Shown here piece after piece: positions 1 through 8,405 of a DNA stretch of 28,896 nt. The stretch is from positions 1 through 28,896 of IMG/VR virus record IMGVR_UViG_3300011338_000802, one strand, 5' to 3'. The notes under the pieces are model-generated. The model saw nothing but the letters and a program-made list of their open reading frames with translations, searched no databases and was not told the origin of the DNA. This stretch comes from a virus. Its lineage: Duplodnaviria > Caudoviricetes. Made by a program: the position numbers and the translations under genes. Numbering within the stretch: position 1 is the stretch's first letter; every line of letters starts with the position of its first letter.

Positions 1-40
1 AGGGCTCGCACCCGATATTCTTAGGGATGGGGAAGGACCC
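1..40 (-). other. putative cos packaging site (cosQ GGGTCCT plus cosN-like cohesive end)
   Basis: Minus strand reads GGGTCCT-N20-GGGTGCGAGCCCT up to the window end; lambda has GGGTCCT-N23-GGGCGGCGACCT. Lies just downstream of a gpZ-like gene. Confidence 0.6.
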
Positions 41-108
41 GCGAAAATATATTTCGCATTGATCTCTGTGCCCTCGCCTAAGCGCTGTGCGGCTCTCTGC
101 TACGTCTC

Positions 109-750
109 TCATATCTTACTTAAGAAATAGCTCATGTTGTGGTCTAACTCACGCTGCAACCTAGCATCAGCTTCATTTTGTATTCGCGTAGCGGCATCCG
201 TCTTGCGAAACAGTATGTCGAGGCTAGGGCCGGTACGTTTAAAAATCTTTCCGCTACTTCGACGACGAAAGACCTGTTCGCTTGTTTTGCCTATATTACC
301 AATGAAGTCTCCTTCATAGAATCTCGTCTTGGCAAACATTTTAACTTCCGCACCGAATAGGGGGCGGCCTGCCTTTAATGTCGCCCATCTACCATCTTTG
401 AGTTTGACGGGAATGTCTCTCTGAAGCACACCGCGCTGTACGCGCTTAGCAAAGAACGCAATCAAGTCTATTCTTCTAGTGGACACACTAAGCGCTGCGT
501 ACATATTCGCAAGCTCAGTGCCCGCACCGAGGCTCTTGCGCTCAAAGAAATACTTTCCTTTAAGCTTTGACGTTGGGAGTTTTTTTCTATCGTAAAGCTT
601 TTGTGAATTCGTCTCTTTTAAAAAAGCCGTTTTTATTCCAGTGAATGTGCGGGCGATTGACCTACGCACCGCTTGCTTAACTGCTTTCTCGTTCACACTC
701 GTCAAGAATACGCCAAGCTTATCTAAATCGACTTTGACTTTGATATCCAT
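109..750 (-). CDS. phage minor tail protein Z-like (gpZ / tail completion family)
   Basis: Basic 213 aa; N-terminal KAVKQAVRRSIART and C-terminal GPS..LF...RLQRELDHN pattern typical of gpZ-like proteins next to cos. Confidence 0.6.
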   Translation of the reverse strand: MDIKVKVDLDKLGVFLTSVNEKAVKQAVRRSIARTFTGIKTAFLKETNSQKLYDRKKLPTSKLKGKYFFERKSLGAGTELANMYAALSVSTRRIDLIAFFAKRVQRGVLQRDIPVKLKDGRWATLKAGRPLFGAEVKMFAKTRFYEGDFIGNIGKTSEQVFRRRSSGKIFKRTGPSLDILFRKTDAATRIQNEADARLQRELDHNMSYFLSKI

Positions 751-769
751 GATTTTAGTATCGGTTGTT

Positions 770-1048
770 TCACGCCGACTTTAAAGCCTCGGGCTTAGCG
801 AAAAGAACGTCGTCAAAAGAAACGTGCAGCATGTTGCTTGGCTTGCCCGCTGAGTAAGGACGACACCAAATACCTTTATCGGTCTTTTCAACAAAAATAT
901 ATTCGCGATAATCGTGCTTGATGTAAAGCAATTCATTAGGCTCCCACTCTTTGTTTTTGGCGCTTAGTACGACCTCAACAATTCCTTTTGCTGAGACCTT
1001 GGGCGTGGATACTTTGCGAAATATTTTCTTTGCCGTTTTCTTTGCCAT
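770..1048 (-). CDS. hypothetical protein (likely start MAKKT)
   Basis: ORF in the leftward operon; GAGG-type RBS upstream of ATG 1048. Confidence 0.6.
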   Translation of the reverse strand: MAKKTAKKIFRKVSTPKVSAKGIVEVVLSAKNKEWEPNELLYIKHDYREYIFVEKTDKGIWCRPYSAGKPSNMLHVSFDDVLFAKPEALKSA

Positions 1049-1262
1049 TGTTTCCTCTCTGTTCATCTTTGACGGACTTCACTTTTAAATCAAGCATCGC
1101 CCGCCCCCACACTGATAAAGTTTCTTTAATCATTCTCAATTCAGCTAGTTTTTCTTTTTCAATTTTTAACTTCGCACGAAAAATGAAAATTTCATAAATT
1201 AGCGAAGTCGTAAAAAGTCCTAAAGACACTAAAGCAATTGATTGAACTAAATCATCCGTCAT
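975..1262 (-). CDS. hypothetical membrane protein (likely start MTDDL)
   Basis: ATG 1 nt after the HNH stop; N-terminal hydrophobic helix IALVSLGLFTTSLIYEIFIF. Confidence 0.55.
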   Translation of the reverse strand: MTDDLVQSIALVSLGLFTTSLIYEIFIFRAKLKIEKEKLAELRMIKETLSVWGRAMLDLKVKSVKDEQRGNNGKENGKENISQSIHAQGLSKRNC

Positions 1263-1263
1263 T

Positions 1264-1635
1264 TTAAAAACCCAACTGCCTCTTGAGCGCAGCTTCCTTT
1301 CTCTCTTCTCTCGTCTTAGCATCGTGGCATTTCTTGCAAAGAGCCATTAATCCTTTCGACGAGCAAAACAATCTTTTTATAAAGCCCCCATCGACTTCGC
1401 CAACAGCGACGACATGGTCGATGCATATCTTAGGAACTCTCTTAAGACATTTCTCGCAATAAAAGAATCCGCCTTTGCCCGTCGCACGTTTCACGCAAAG
1501 CTTTCGAACGTGTGAACGGTGCCACACTTGTCGAATTGCGGAGCGAATCTTTGCGACGTCTTTTTTGCTCAATCCGTCCACTTTTTGTTGGTCCTGTTTT
1601 TTGGCCTTTTTTGGCACTTTTTTCTTTTTCTCCAT
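1264..1635 (-). CDS. HNH endonuclease (Zn-finger type; likely start MEKKK)
   Basis: CEKC...IDHVVAVG...LMALCKKCHDAKT motif. Confidence 0.8.
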   Translation of the reverse strand: MEKKKKVPKKAKKQDQQKVDGLSKKDVAKIRSAIRQVWHRSHVRKLCVKRATGKGGFFYCEKCLKRVPKICIDHVVAVGEVDGGFIKRLFCSSKGLMALCKKCHDAKTREERKEAALKRQLGF

Positions 1636-1678
1636 AACCCTATTTTTTCCCCTTTTTCTGCCTTTTATTTTAGCGCGC

Positions 1679-1897
1679 AAAACCCAGTCGACAAAAAACC
1701 CAGTCGACAAACCACCTCGCCCATTTCTCTCATTTCCTGACGCATCGAGTCCCCTCTAATACCCATATAATATAAGAAGAAGTAAAAAAGAGAATCTAAA
1801 GGGGTATGTTGACTGTTGTCGCGGGGGGCTTGTCGACTTGTCGACTTGTCGACTGGCTTATTCATTTTAAGCCATTTCCAGACCTTGAGTCGACAAG
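1679..1897. repeat. iteron array, putative replication origin
   Basis: AAAACCCAGTCGACAAA twice with 16-bp period (1679-1711); TTGTCGAC three times in tandem (1830-1853); AGTCGACAAG at 1888-1897; AT-rich spacer at about 1755-1800; directly downstream of the primase gene. Confidence 0.65.
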
Positions 1898-4132
1898 CGA
1901 AATCCACTGTTTTTTCTCAATTTCCTCGTGACGCAAAAAACCCATTTCTAACAGCTCATTTAAGAATTTAGACCTGTTCGCATTTTTGGGCTCAAAGCGT
2001 GTTTTTCGCACAAGTTCTCTTCTAGTTATTTTCTTGTCTTTTCTCTTACTCAGAACTTTTTCAATTTTGCTGATGGCCTGAGCGTAGACGTCTTCATCGT
2101 TTTGAATTTTCACAAAAACTTTTCTCGCGTTATAGTAGCACCACTCAACTAATTGCACGCCCCACTCAATGTCACTTAGCTCTATCTCCGAGCGCCCATC
2201 ACTAATACAGTGAAGCAAGCTAATCTTAGTGGCTAGTTCTCCGAAGCGATTGAAAAACGATTCATCAATATCCTCGCCTTCCTTCTCGTACATGGTCTCT
2301 CTGTACTTATGCAAAAACTCTTCGGCTTCCGCGCTCACCGGGAATTCGTTGTAGTCAACCTCGGTAGTGATTTCCTTTTCTGGCGGAATAAACTCCCCGT
2401 AGTCCACTAGCGACACAGGTCTTTTTAAAAAAGAGTCAGTGAAGTCTTTTAGTTTTCTAAACGCCTCGTCGTCTTTAAAAGGAGTTTTGTTAAACTTAGA
2501 CTTTTTGTTTTTTATAAAAACCAAAGAGCGCTCGAAAAATCCATTTCCTACAATCTTTGACCCCGTGATGTTTTCAAAATGGTTGTAAGTGGTGAAGCCC
2601 ATGAGTGTAAAATATGGATTGTATGCGGCTCCGTATCTAATACCACGCTCGACACTTTGGTCTCCCGCGAAAAATCCAGACGACTTTGAGAAAAGTGTGT
2701 TGAGAGTTTCGACCATGTCCTGTTGATAGCTCTCGCCTTTTGCAATTAAACGAAAGAGACTTGAGCACTCGTCAATGACCATGAGATTTTCTCTTTGAGC
2801 TTTTCTTAGAAGCTCAGGCTCGCTCTTCCCTTTTTTCTCTTTAAAGATATTTTTTAAGTTCATAATAAGAGAAGGTGCCGACTTGTAGCTCCCAGCTCCT
2901 AGCACCCCGTGCGAGTAAAGTAAGTCTTGCAAAAGAGTTTGCGGACTGTCTTTCCCTACACCTGAGGGCATTACGCCCCAAAGCATTAAGTTAGCTGGCG
3001 TTGTAAATGCTGCCGTCTTAACTGCGAAGCGCGAAGCAACCAACATGGATAGCCACGCTAAAGATGCGCCTAAATAAATCTCGGTGTTTTCGGAAATAGA
3101 ATAATTGTTTAAATAGTCTACGAAAGTTTTCATCATGCCCGTGATCGCAGGCATTTTGATTTCTTCTTTTTGCTTTTTCTCTTGCGGGATTTCCTCAATT
3201 ACTTTCGGAGTGCTCGCGTGAATAATAGAAATGGAATCCTCGCCACGTCTCTTTCTGTTTTCATTTATCGTGCCCAGTAAAGAGCTGTAGAATCTTAAAG
3301 CGCTAATGTGTGGGTCGCCTGAGCTTGAATCTCTGCCCCTTGATTTATCTTGGAAATAGCTAAGACCTGTATGGTGCTCCAAGTCGTATCGGACTAGCTC
3401 TTTGACCGCTTGCTCAATAGGAGTGTGGTCAGCAATAAGTTGAGCCGCTCGTCTTTTAATGCGGTCTTGCGAGCCGTGAGCGCATCTTAGCCGCCCATTT
3501 TCTAATGTGGCAGGATAGACGTCGTCTAAATCGTTGGCCGCGCTTGTAGAGGCCTCAAATGGGAGCGCGTCAAATTCATCCATTTTGTATTTCTTTTTAT
3601 AAAAAGCCTGAATGGCCTCTAGCTCTTTTGTCCCGATTGTTGGGAGTTGACTAGGCGTGAAATTCTTTAAGGACTTCACTTCGCCTGACCACACAAAAGG
3701 TTTTTTAGTTGTGGGGTGTATAGAAGGTGGGAGCACGACAAGCATGTTGTGATTTAAGAATTCGACAGAGTCGTCAAGCTCCCTAGCTCCAAAAACTTCT
3801 TTAGATTTAAAATCCGGCATGTGTTGAAAAAAATAACTGCCTAAATTTCTCCCCTTTTTAATCAAAGGCGAAGGTGGGATTATTTTTAAAATCTCTTCGC
3901 AATTCGTATCAAGGTCGATGACTGAGACGTTTTATGACTTTCCCTCGATGAGGCCAAGACCGCAATTTTTTAAATTATATTTTTTGTCCCACTCTTTGCA
4001 GATTTCATCGGGCACCCCATCGTGATGTATGCCGATAAATCCGCCGAGGCGGTCTAATTTCTCAATGGGTTTTTTTGTTCCGGGTATTAAGGGTATGCAC
4101 TGCCATCCCTGCTTTTTAAGTTCTAGAAACAT
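1862..4132 (-). CDS. bifunctional primase-polymerase fused to DUF3987-like helicase; one in-frame TAA at 3932-3934
   Basis: ORFs 3932-4132 and 1862-3865 share a frame. Read-through gives CIPLIPGTKKP...GLGLIEGKS*NVSVIDLD...VVLPPSIHP (Prim-Pol motifs), then Walker A-like PSGVGKD and Walker B MVIDE. Confidence 0.85.
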
Positions 4133-4331
4133 TTTTCTTTGCTCTCTTATTTTTTAAAATCGTGTCCATAGTAATAGCCCCACAACTTAGCCGCTTGATT
4201 TTCTTGTAAATAAGAAAGCTAGGGACAGTGCGGCCTATTCGCCAGTATTCGATTGTCCGTCTTGTCGTACCTAATTTTTTTGATAGCGGTCCGGGGCCGC
4301 CCTGTTCTTTAATCCAATTTTTAAAAGTCAC
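4116..4331 (-). CDS. Cro/YdaS-like helix-turn-helix regulator
   Basis: 71 aa, LSKKLGTTRRTIEYWRIGRTVP HTH pattern; divergent from the replication operon. Confidence 0.75.
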   Translation of the reverse strand: MTFKNWIKEQGGPGPLSKKLGTTRRTIEYWRIGRTVPSFLIYKKIKRLSCGAITMDTILKNKRAKKNVSRT

Positions 4332-4425
4332 AATTCCTCTTTCTCTCTAAATGGCTCGATGCGAAACATCTTTTCGATAAAATATTTATTCGAGCTTGGC
4401 ACTTAGAGAGTTTTTTAGCTAGACC
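4332..4425. promoter_or_regulatory. divergent control region with nested inverted repeats
   Basis: CTCTCTAA(4343)/TTAGAGAG(4403), GCTCGA(4354)/TCGAGC(4390), CGAAA-N5-TTTCG (4362-4376), between divergent genes. Confidence 0.5.
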
Positions 4426-6003
4426 TTGAAAAAGAAAATCTCGAAAGGTCTCGACGCAGTGAAGTTATTTTTTGAAAAAGACTATTTTATTTTACAAGTG
4501 CCTTTTGAAAAAAGGTTCATAGCGAAAAACGCAGGCTTCAATTGGAATGTCGCGACTAAGCGTTGGTTCACAAAAGAGCTATCCATAATTAATCGCATAA
4601 AAGATTTAGTAGAATTAGACGTGAGCGCCCGTGCTCAAATAGAAAAATCTTCAATAGTAATAGATGGCTTGAAGACAGATTTTGAATGGCCCGAAAATTT
4701 AACACCTAGAGAGTATCAAACAAAAGCAGCGAAGTTTTTAGTCACCCGTAAAAAAGCTTACGCCAACATGGACCCCGGCACGGGGAAAAGTATTGTCGCG
4801 GCCCTTGTCATAAATTATTTTAAAAAACTAAGTAATCATTCAGCACGATTTCTCTATATCTGTCCGCCGTTTCTTGTAGAAAACATGAAAGCGGAATTCG
4901 AGAGGTGGGTGTTAGGGCACCATGAAGTTTCAACACTAGGAGACAACAGAGCCACAAATATTTTAATCATTCCTGACTCAATGATTAACAAAAAAGAAGT
5001 GCAAGCGCTCATTGCAGATTTCGCAAGTAAGAAGACCGACACCGTTTTGTTTTACGATGAAGCTCATAGGATTAAAGAGGCGTCGAGCCTGCGGTCGAAA
5101 GCTTTTTATAAGAATGTGCTGCCATTATTTGAGAGAGCTTATTTAATGAGTGGCACACCTTCGCCAAATTCTCGTCCTATGGAACTCTTTGCACCCCTGC
5201 ATTATCTAGCGCCTAGCGTGATTGATTTTAAAAACAAATTTCAATTCGGGGTCAAATACTGTGCGGCTTTTCAAGGCACATGGGGGTGGGACTTCAGCGG
5301 GGCGTCTAACACTAAAGAATTAGCTGAGAGATTAAAAGCGTTCATGATAACCATGAAAAAAGAAGACGTATTAACAGAGCTTCCGGCGAAGACCGAAGAA
5401 ATTATTTTCATCGGGAATGGAATGCCAAAAAGGCTAGAGAAAATAAACAAAGAAATCCTAAGTTGTTTTAGTCCTGAGGATTTAATGAAAGGACGAATAG
5501 CCAATAAGCTCAGTATCGATAAAAAAGAACTTCACATAGCGACCTATAGAAAAGAACTGGGCGCGGTGAAGGCAGAGAAAAGTTTAGAGTTTATAAAACA
5601 TTCTCTTGAGTCTTCGCGTGAGAGCATTCTTATTTTTGCCATTCACAAAGAAACTATCGCAATACTGAAAGAGGGCTTAGAGGAATTTAAGCCGCTAGTT
5701 ATCACGGGCGAAACGAGAATGTTAGATAGAAGTAAACTTGTGGCATCGTTTCAAGCGGGAGAGTCTCGTGTGCTTATTGGAAATATCACAGCTGCGGGAA
5801 TAGGTTTTACAATGACGAAAGCGACGCGAGTAATTTTCGTTGAGTTTAGTTATGTGCCCGCAGAGAACTTACAAGCAATGGATAGGGCGCACAGAATTGG
5901 GCAGCATGAAAATCTTTTGGTGCAGTACTTAGTGTTTAAAGATTCTGTTGACGCTACTGTCATGCAGAGCATTTTGAAAAAGAATAAAGACGCTATCGTC
6001 TAA
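4426..6003 (+). CDS. SNF2-family (DEAH) helicase
   Basis: PREYQ, MDPGTGKS, YDEAH, MSGTP, AGIGFTMT, QAMDRAHRIGQ motifs; start codon uncertain. Confidence 0.92.
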   Translation: MKKKISKGLDAVKLFFEKDYFILQVPFEKRFIAKNAGFNWNVATKRWFTKELSIINRIKDLVELDVSARAQIEKSSIVIDGLKTDFEWPENLTPREYQTKAAKFLVTRKKAYANMDPGTGKSIVAALVINYFKKLSNHSARFLYICPPFLVENMKAEFERWVLGHHEVSTLGDNRATNILIIPDSMINKKEVQALIADFASKKTDTVLFYDEAHRIKEASSLRSKAFYKNVLPLFERAYLMSGTPSPNSRPMELFAPLHYLAPSVIDFKNKFQFGVKYCAAFQGTWGWDFSGASNTKELAERLKAFMITMKKEDVLTELPAKTEEIIFIGNGMPKRLEKINKEILSCFSPEDLMKGRIANKLSIDKKELHIATYRKELGAVKAEKSLEFIKHSLESSRESILIFAIHKETIAILKEGLEEFKPLVITGETRMLDRSKLVASFQAGESRVLIGNITAAGIGFTMTKATRVIFVEFSYVPAENLQAMDRAHRIGQHENLLVQYLVFKDSVDATVMQSILKKNKDAIV

Positions 6004-6024
6004 AAAAGAAAGAAGGAAAAAAAT

Positions 6025-6450
6025 ATGCAATTACAAATTAACGTCAACCCCTCAGATAAAGCGTCCATTATCGAAGCGATGGCCGTGCTAAACAAATTAT
6101 GCGAAGGCACAATAGCCGTTGCGCCAGTAGCTTTAGAAAATGGGCACATAAAACCCACTAAGAAAAAAGCCAAAGAAGCGGACGAGACTTTTGACCTAGA
6201 CAGCGCGACCGATGATTTAACAAAAGACGAGCCAGAAATTGACGACGTAATGGATATAGCTGAGGAAAAGCCTAAAGCAAAAGCAGTGAAGAAAATTTCT
6301 CAGACGGATGTCATAAAAGCCTTCCAAGTTTTTGCGGGCGCAAAGTCACGCGTTGAGGCGGCAAAAGTTTTGGCGCGATTTAAAGTTAAGTCGGTTAAAG
6401 ATTTAAAAGATACCGACTACGAAAAAGTTCTGAAGCTTTTAGCGGTATAG
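6025..6450 (+). CDS. hypothetical protein of the type usually upstream of DUF2800
   Basis: AAGGA RBS; acidic linker and C-terminal helical domain (FKVKSVKDLKDTDYEKVL); synteny. Confidence 0.7.
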   Translation: MQLQINVNPSDKASIIEAMAVLNKLCEGTIAVAPVALENGHIKPTKKKAKEADETFDLDSATDDLTKDEPEIDDVMDIAEEKPKAKAVKKISQTDVIKAFQVFAGAKSRVEAAKVLARFKVKSVKDLKDTDYEKVLKLLAV

Positions 6451-6454
6451 CTTT

Positions 6455-7846
6455 ATGGAAATTGTTACGGGCGAGAAAAGAGCACATGCGAAGTTTTCAG
6501 CTTCGGGCTCTCATATATGGACCCATTGCTTCGCATCGGTGGGGTTAAGTGAAAAAGCTCCGCCAAGTCCCGAGAGCGCTTTTGCACTTGAGGGTACTGA
6601 AGCGCATGCATGCTTAGAGCTTGTCTTGCGGGAGTATTTTGAGCGCAAAGGCTTTGAGCCACTAGGTCCCTTAGTTCACGCGGTTAAAGAAATGGGGCTC
6701 TATAGCGATGAAATAATAGAGCACATTTTTACTACGGCGAAAGCGATTCGAGATTTAACTGCACGCGTACATAATCCCGAAATTAAAATCGAGCACAAAG
6801 TCGATTTAAGTTTCGTGTATCCCAACACTTTCGGGACTGTAGACTTCGCACTGATTGAAGAGTTTGGCACGCTAACAATTGTCGATTTAAAATATGGTGC
6901 GGGAATTCCTGTTGAGGCAAAAGATAATTCGCAATTGGTTTTCTATGCTCTAGGTCTTGCGCATGAGTATCATTACAATTTTCAAGAAATTAAAATCGTA
7001 ATTATTCAACCGCGAGCGGAGCACCCCGACGGCCCTATGCGCGAATGGACGTTGAGTGTCGAGGAGCTTTTAGAATGGAAAACAAAATTCATTTTAACGG
7101 TTAAAGAATCTCTAGGGAAAAATCCTAAATTCAATTCAGGCGACCATTGCCGTTGGTGCAGGGCTAAGCCTATTTGTCCCGAGCTATCGACCACAGCGAT
7201 GAAGCAAGCGCTCATTGACTTTGATGCAGAACTCGGAGCTGTGGCGCTGCCTGCGATTAACGACAAGCTCCCTATTGCGTACCTGCCGCAAGCCTTAGAC
7301 GCTTCAGAGAAACTCACCACTTGGATAAAGGCCCTAAAAGAAGCTGCATTCAATGCGCTAAAACGCGGTGAGAAAATCCCCGGTTATAAATTAGTCGAGA
7401 AGAGAAGTACGAGAAAATGGGTGAACGCCCAAGAGGCGGCTCTTGAAGCTCGTCCCATCTTTGGCGAAGAGATTTTCGAGACGCGCCTTAAGACACCCGC
7501 GCAATTCGAAAAAACTTTCGGCAAGAAAGATGTTAAAGGTTTTCTAAGTTCTTATGCGAGTGATGTTTCAACGGGTGTCACCTTAGTGAAAGAATCCGAC
7601 CCAAGACCTGAAGCTAAAACTGTTGCGGAAATAGATTTCGAAGAGGATTTTGATAAGCCCGAAAACTATGTCGTGTCTTATCGAGCGCCCGTATTGATTC
7701 CTAAGTTGACCAAAACAAAGCCTGAGAAAGTTTACGGCACGCCTTGGTTAAAAGCAGCAATTGAAACTTCCAAAAAATTAAAGAAATTAAAACCTAAAAA
7801 GAAAGAGGAAAAAAAGAATGGCAAACGAAATAGAAAAAAAAGATAA
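6455..7846 (+). CDS. DUF2800 Cas4-like PD-(D/E)xK exonuclease
   Basis: HAKFSASG..W..C, EGTEAH, FGTVD, IVDLKYG, QL..YA, HCRWCRAKPIC. Confidence 0.9.
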   Translation: MEIVTGEKRAHAKFSASGSHIWTHCFASVGLSEKAPPSPESAFALEGTEAHACLELVLREYFERKGFEPLGPLVHAVKEMGLYSDEIIEHIFTTAKAIRDLTARVHNPEIKIEHKVDLSFVYPNTFGTVDFALIEEFGTLTIVDLKYGAGIPVEAKDNSQLVFYALGLAHEYHYNFQEIKIVIIQPRAEHPDGPMREWTLSVEELLEWKTKFILTVKESLGKNPKFNSGDHCRWCRAKPICPELSTTAMKQALIDFDAELGAVALPAINDKLPIAYLPQALDASEKLTTWIKALKEAAFNALKRGEKIPGYKLVEKRSTRKWVNAQEAALEARPIFGEEIFETRLKTPAQFEKTFGKKDVKGFLSSYASDVSTGVTLVKESDPRPEAKTVAEIDFEEDFDKPENYVVSYRAPVLIPKLTKTKPEKVYGTPWLKAAIETSKKLKKLKPKKKEEKKNGKRNRKKR

Positions 7847-8405
7847 AATGGTTAAGACACCCGTATTTAGAGCGAGCTTCCCACATGTGTTTAAGCCGCA
7901 CTCAGGCTTTGCCGGACAAGCGCCTAAATACTCCCTCGTGATGCTTTTTGATAAAAAGACCGCAGACATTAAGGAGCTAAAAAAAGCAGCGATAAACGCG
8001 GCAATAGAGGAATGGGGACCGAAAGAAAAATGGCCTAAAGGCGTAAGATTCCCATTTCGTGACGGCGACGAGAAGTCAGACATGCAGGGATATGAAGGGA
8101 CCATTTTCGTCTCCGCAAGTTCTAAACAAAAACCCCAAGTTATAAACAAAAACAAAGAACTCCTAACTGAAGAGGACGGCGCATTTTACGCAGGATGCTT
8201 TGCGAAGGCGACACTACTTGCTTATGCCTACGACACCGCAGGAAATAAAGGCGTTAGCTTTGCTCTTCAAAACGTCTTGAAAATCGGCGACGGCGAAAGC
8301 TTCAGCGGACGCAAAGCAGCTGAGGATGATTTCTCTGACGAGGATTTTGAGTTAAAAGACGGCAGCGACGACGCTAGTAATTACGATGCAGATTTAGGAT
8401 TTTAA
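7818..8405 (+). CDS. DUF2815 single-stranded DNA-binding protein (T7 gp2.5-like)
   Basis: RASFPHVFKP, KYS, PFRDGD, FYAGC, GNKGVSFALQNV, DGE; acidic C-terminal tail ending in F. Confidence 0.9.
   Translation: MANEIEKKDKMVKTPVFRASFPHVFKPHSGFAGQAPKYSLVMLFDKKTADIKELKKAAINAAIEEWGPKEKWPKGVRFPFRDGDEKSDMQGYEGTIFVSASSKQKPQVINKNKELLTEEDGAFYAGCFAKATLLAYAYDTAGNKGVSFALQNVLKIGDGESFSGRKAAEDDFSDEDFELKDGSDDASNYDADLGF

Noticed and set aside
1830-1853. Tandem repeats as a CRISPR array
   Set aside because: 8-16-bp units without unique spacers; the Cas4-like gene is the standard phage DUF2800 nuclease.
1665-1907. 80-aa ORF across the iteron region
   Set aside because: Its VDK/STSR repeats simply translate the DNA iterons; better read as an origin.
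3932-3934. Alternative genetic code (stop reassignment)
   Set aside because: TAA and TGA terminate coupled genes normally, the TAG at 6450 falls just before the next gene start, and only one gene is interrupted.
7725-7785. PEKVYGTPWLKAAIETSKKL as a captured lambda-portal fragment
   Set aside because: Too short to distinguish from chance without a profile search.
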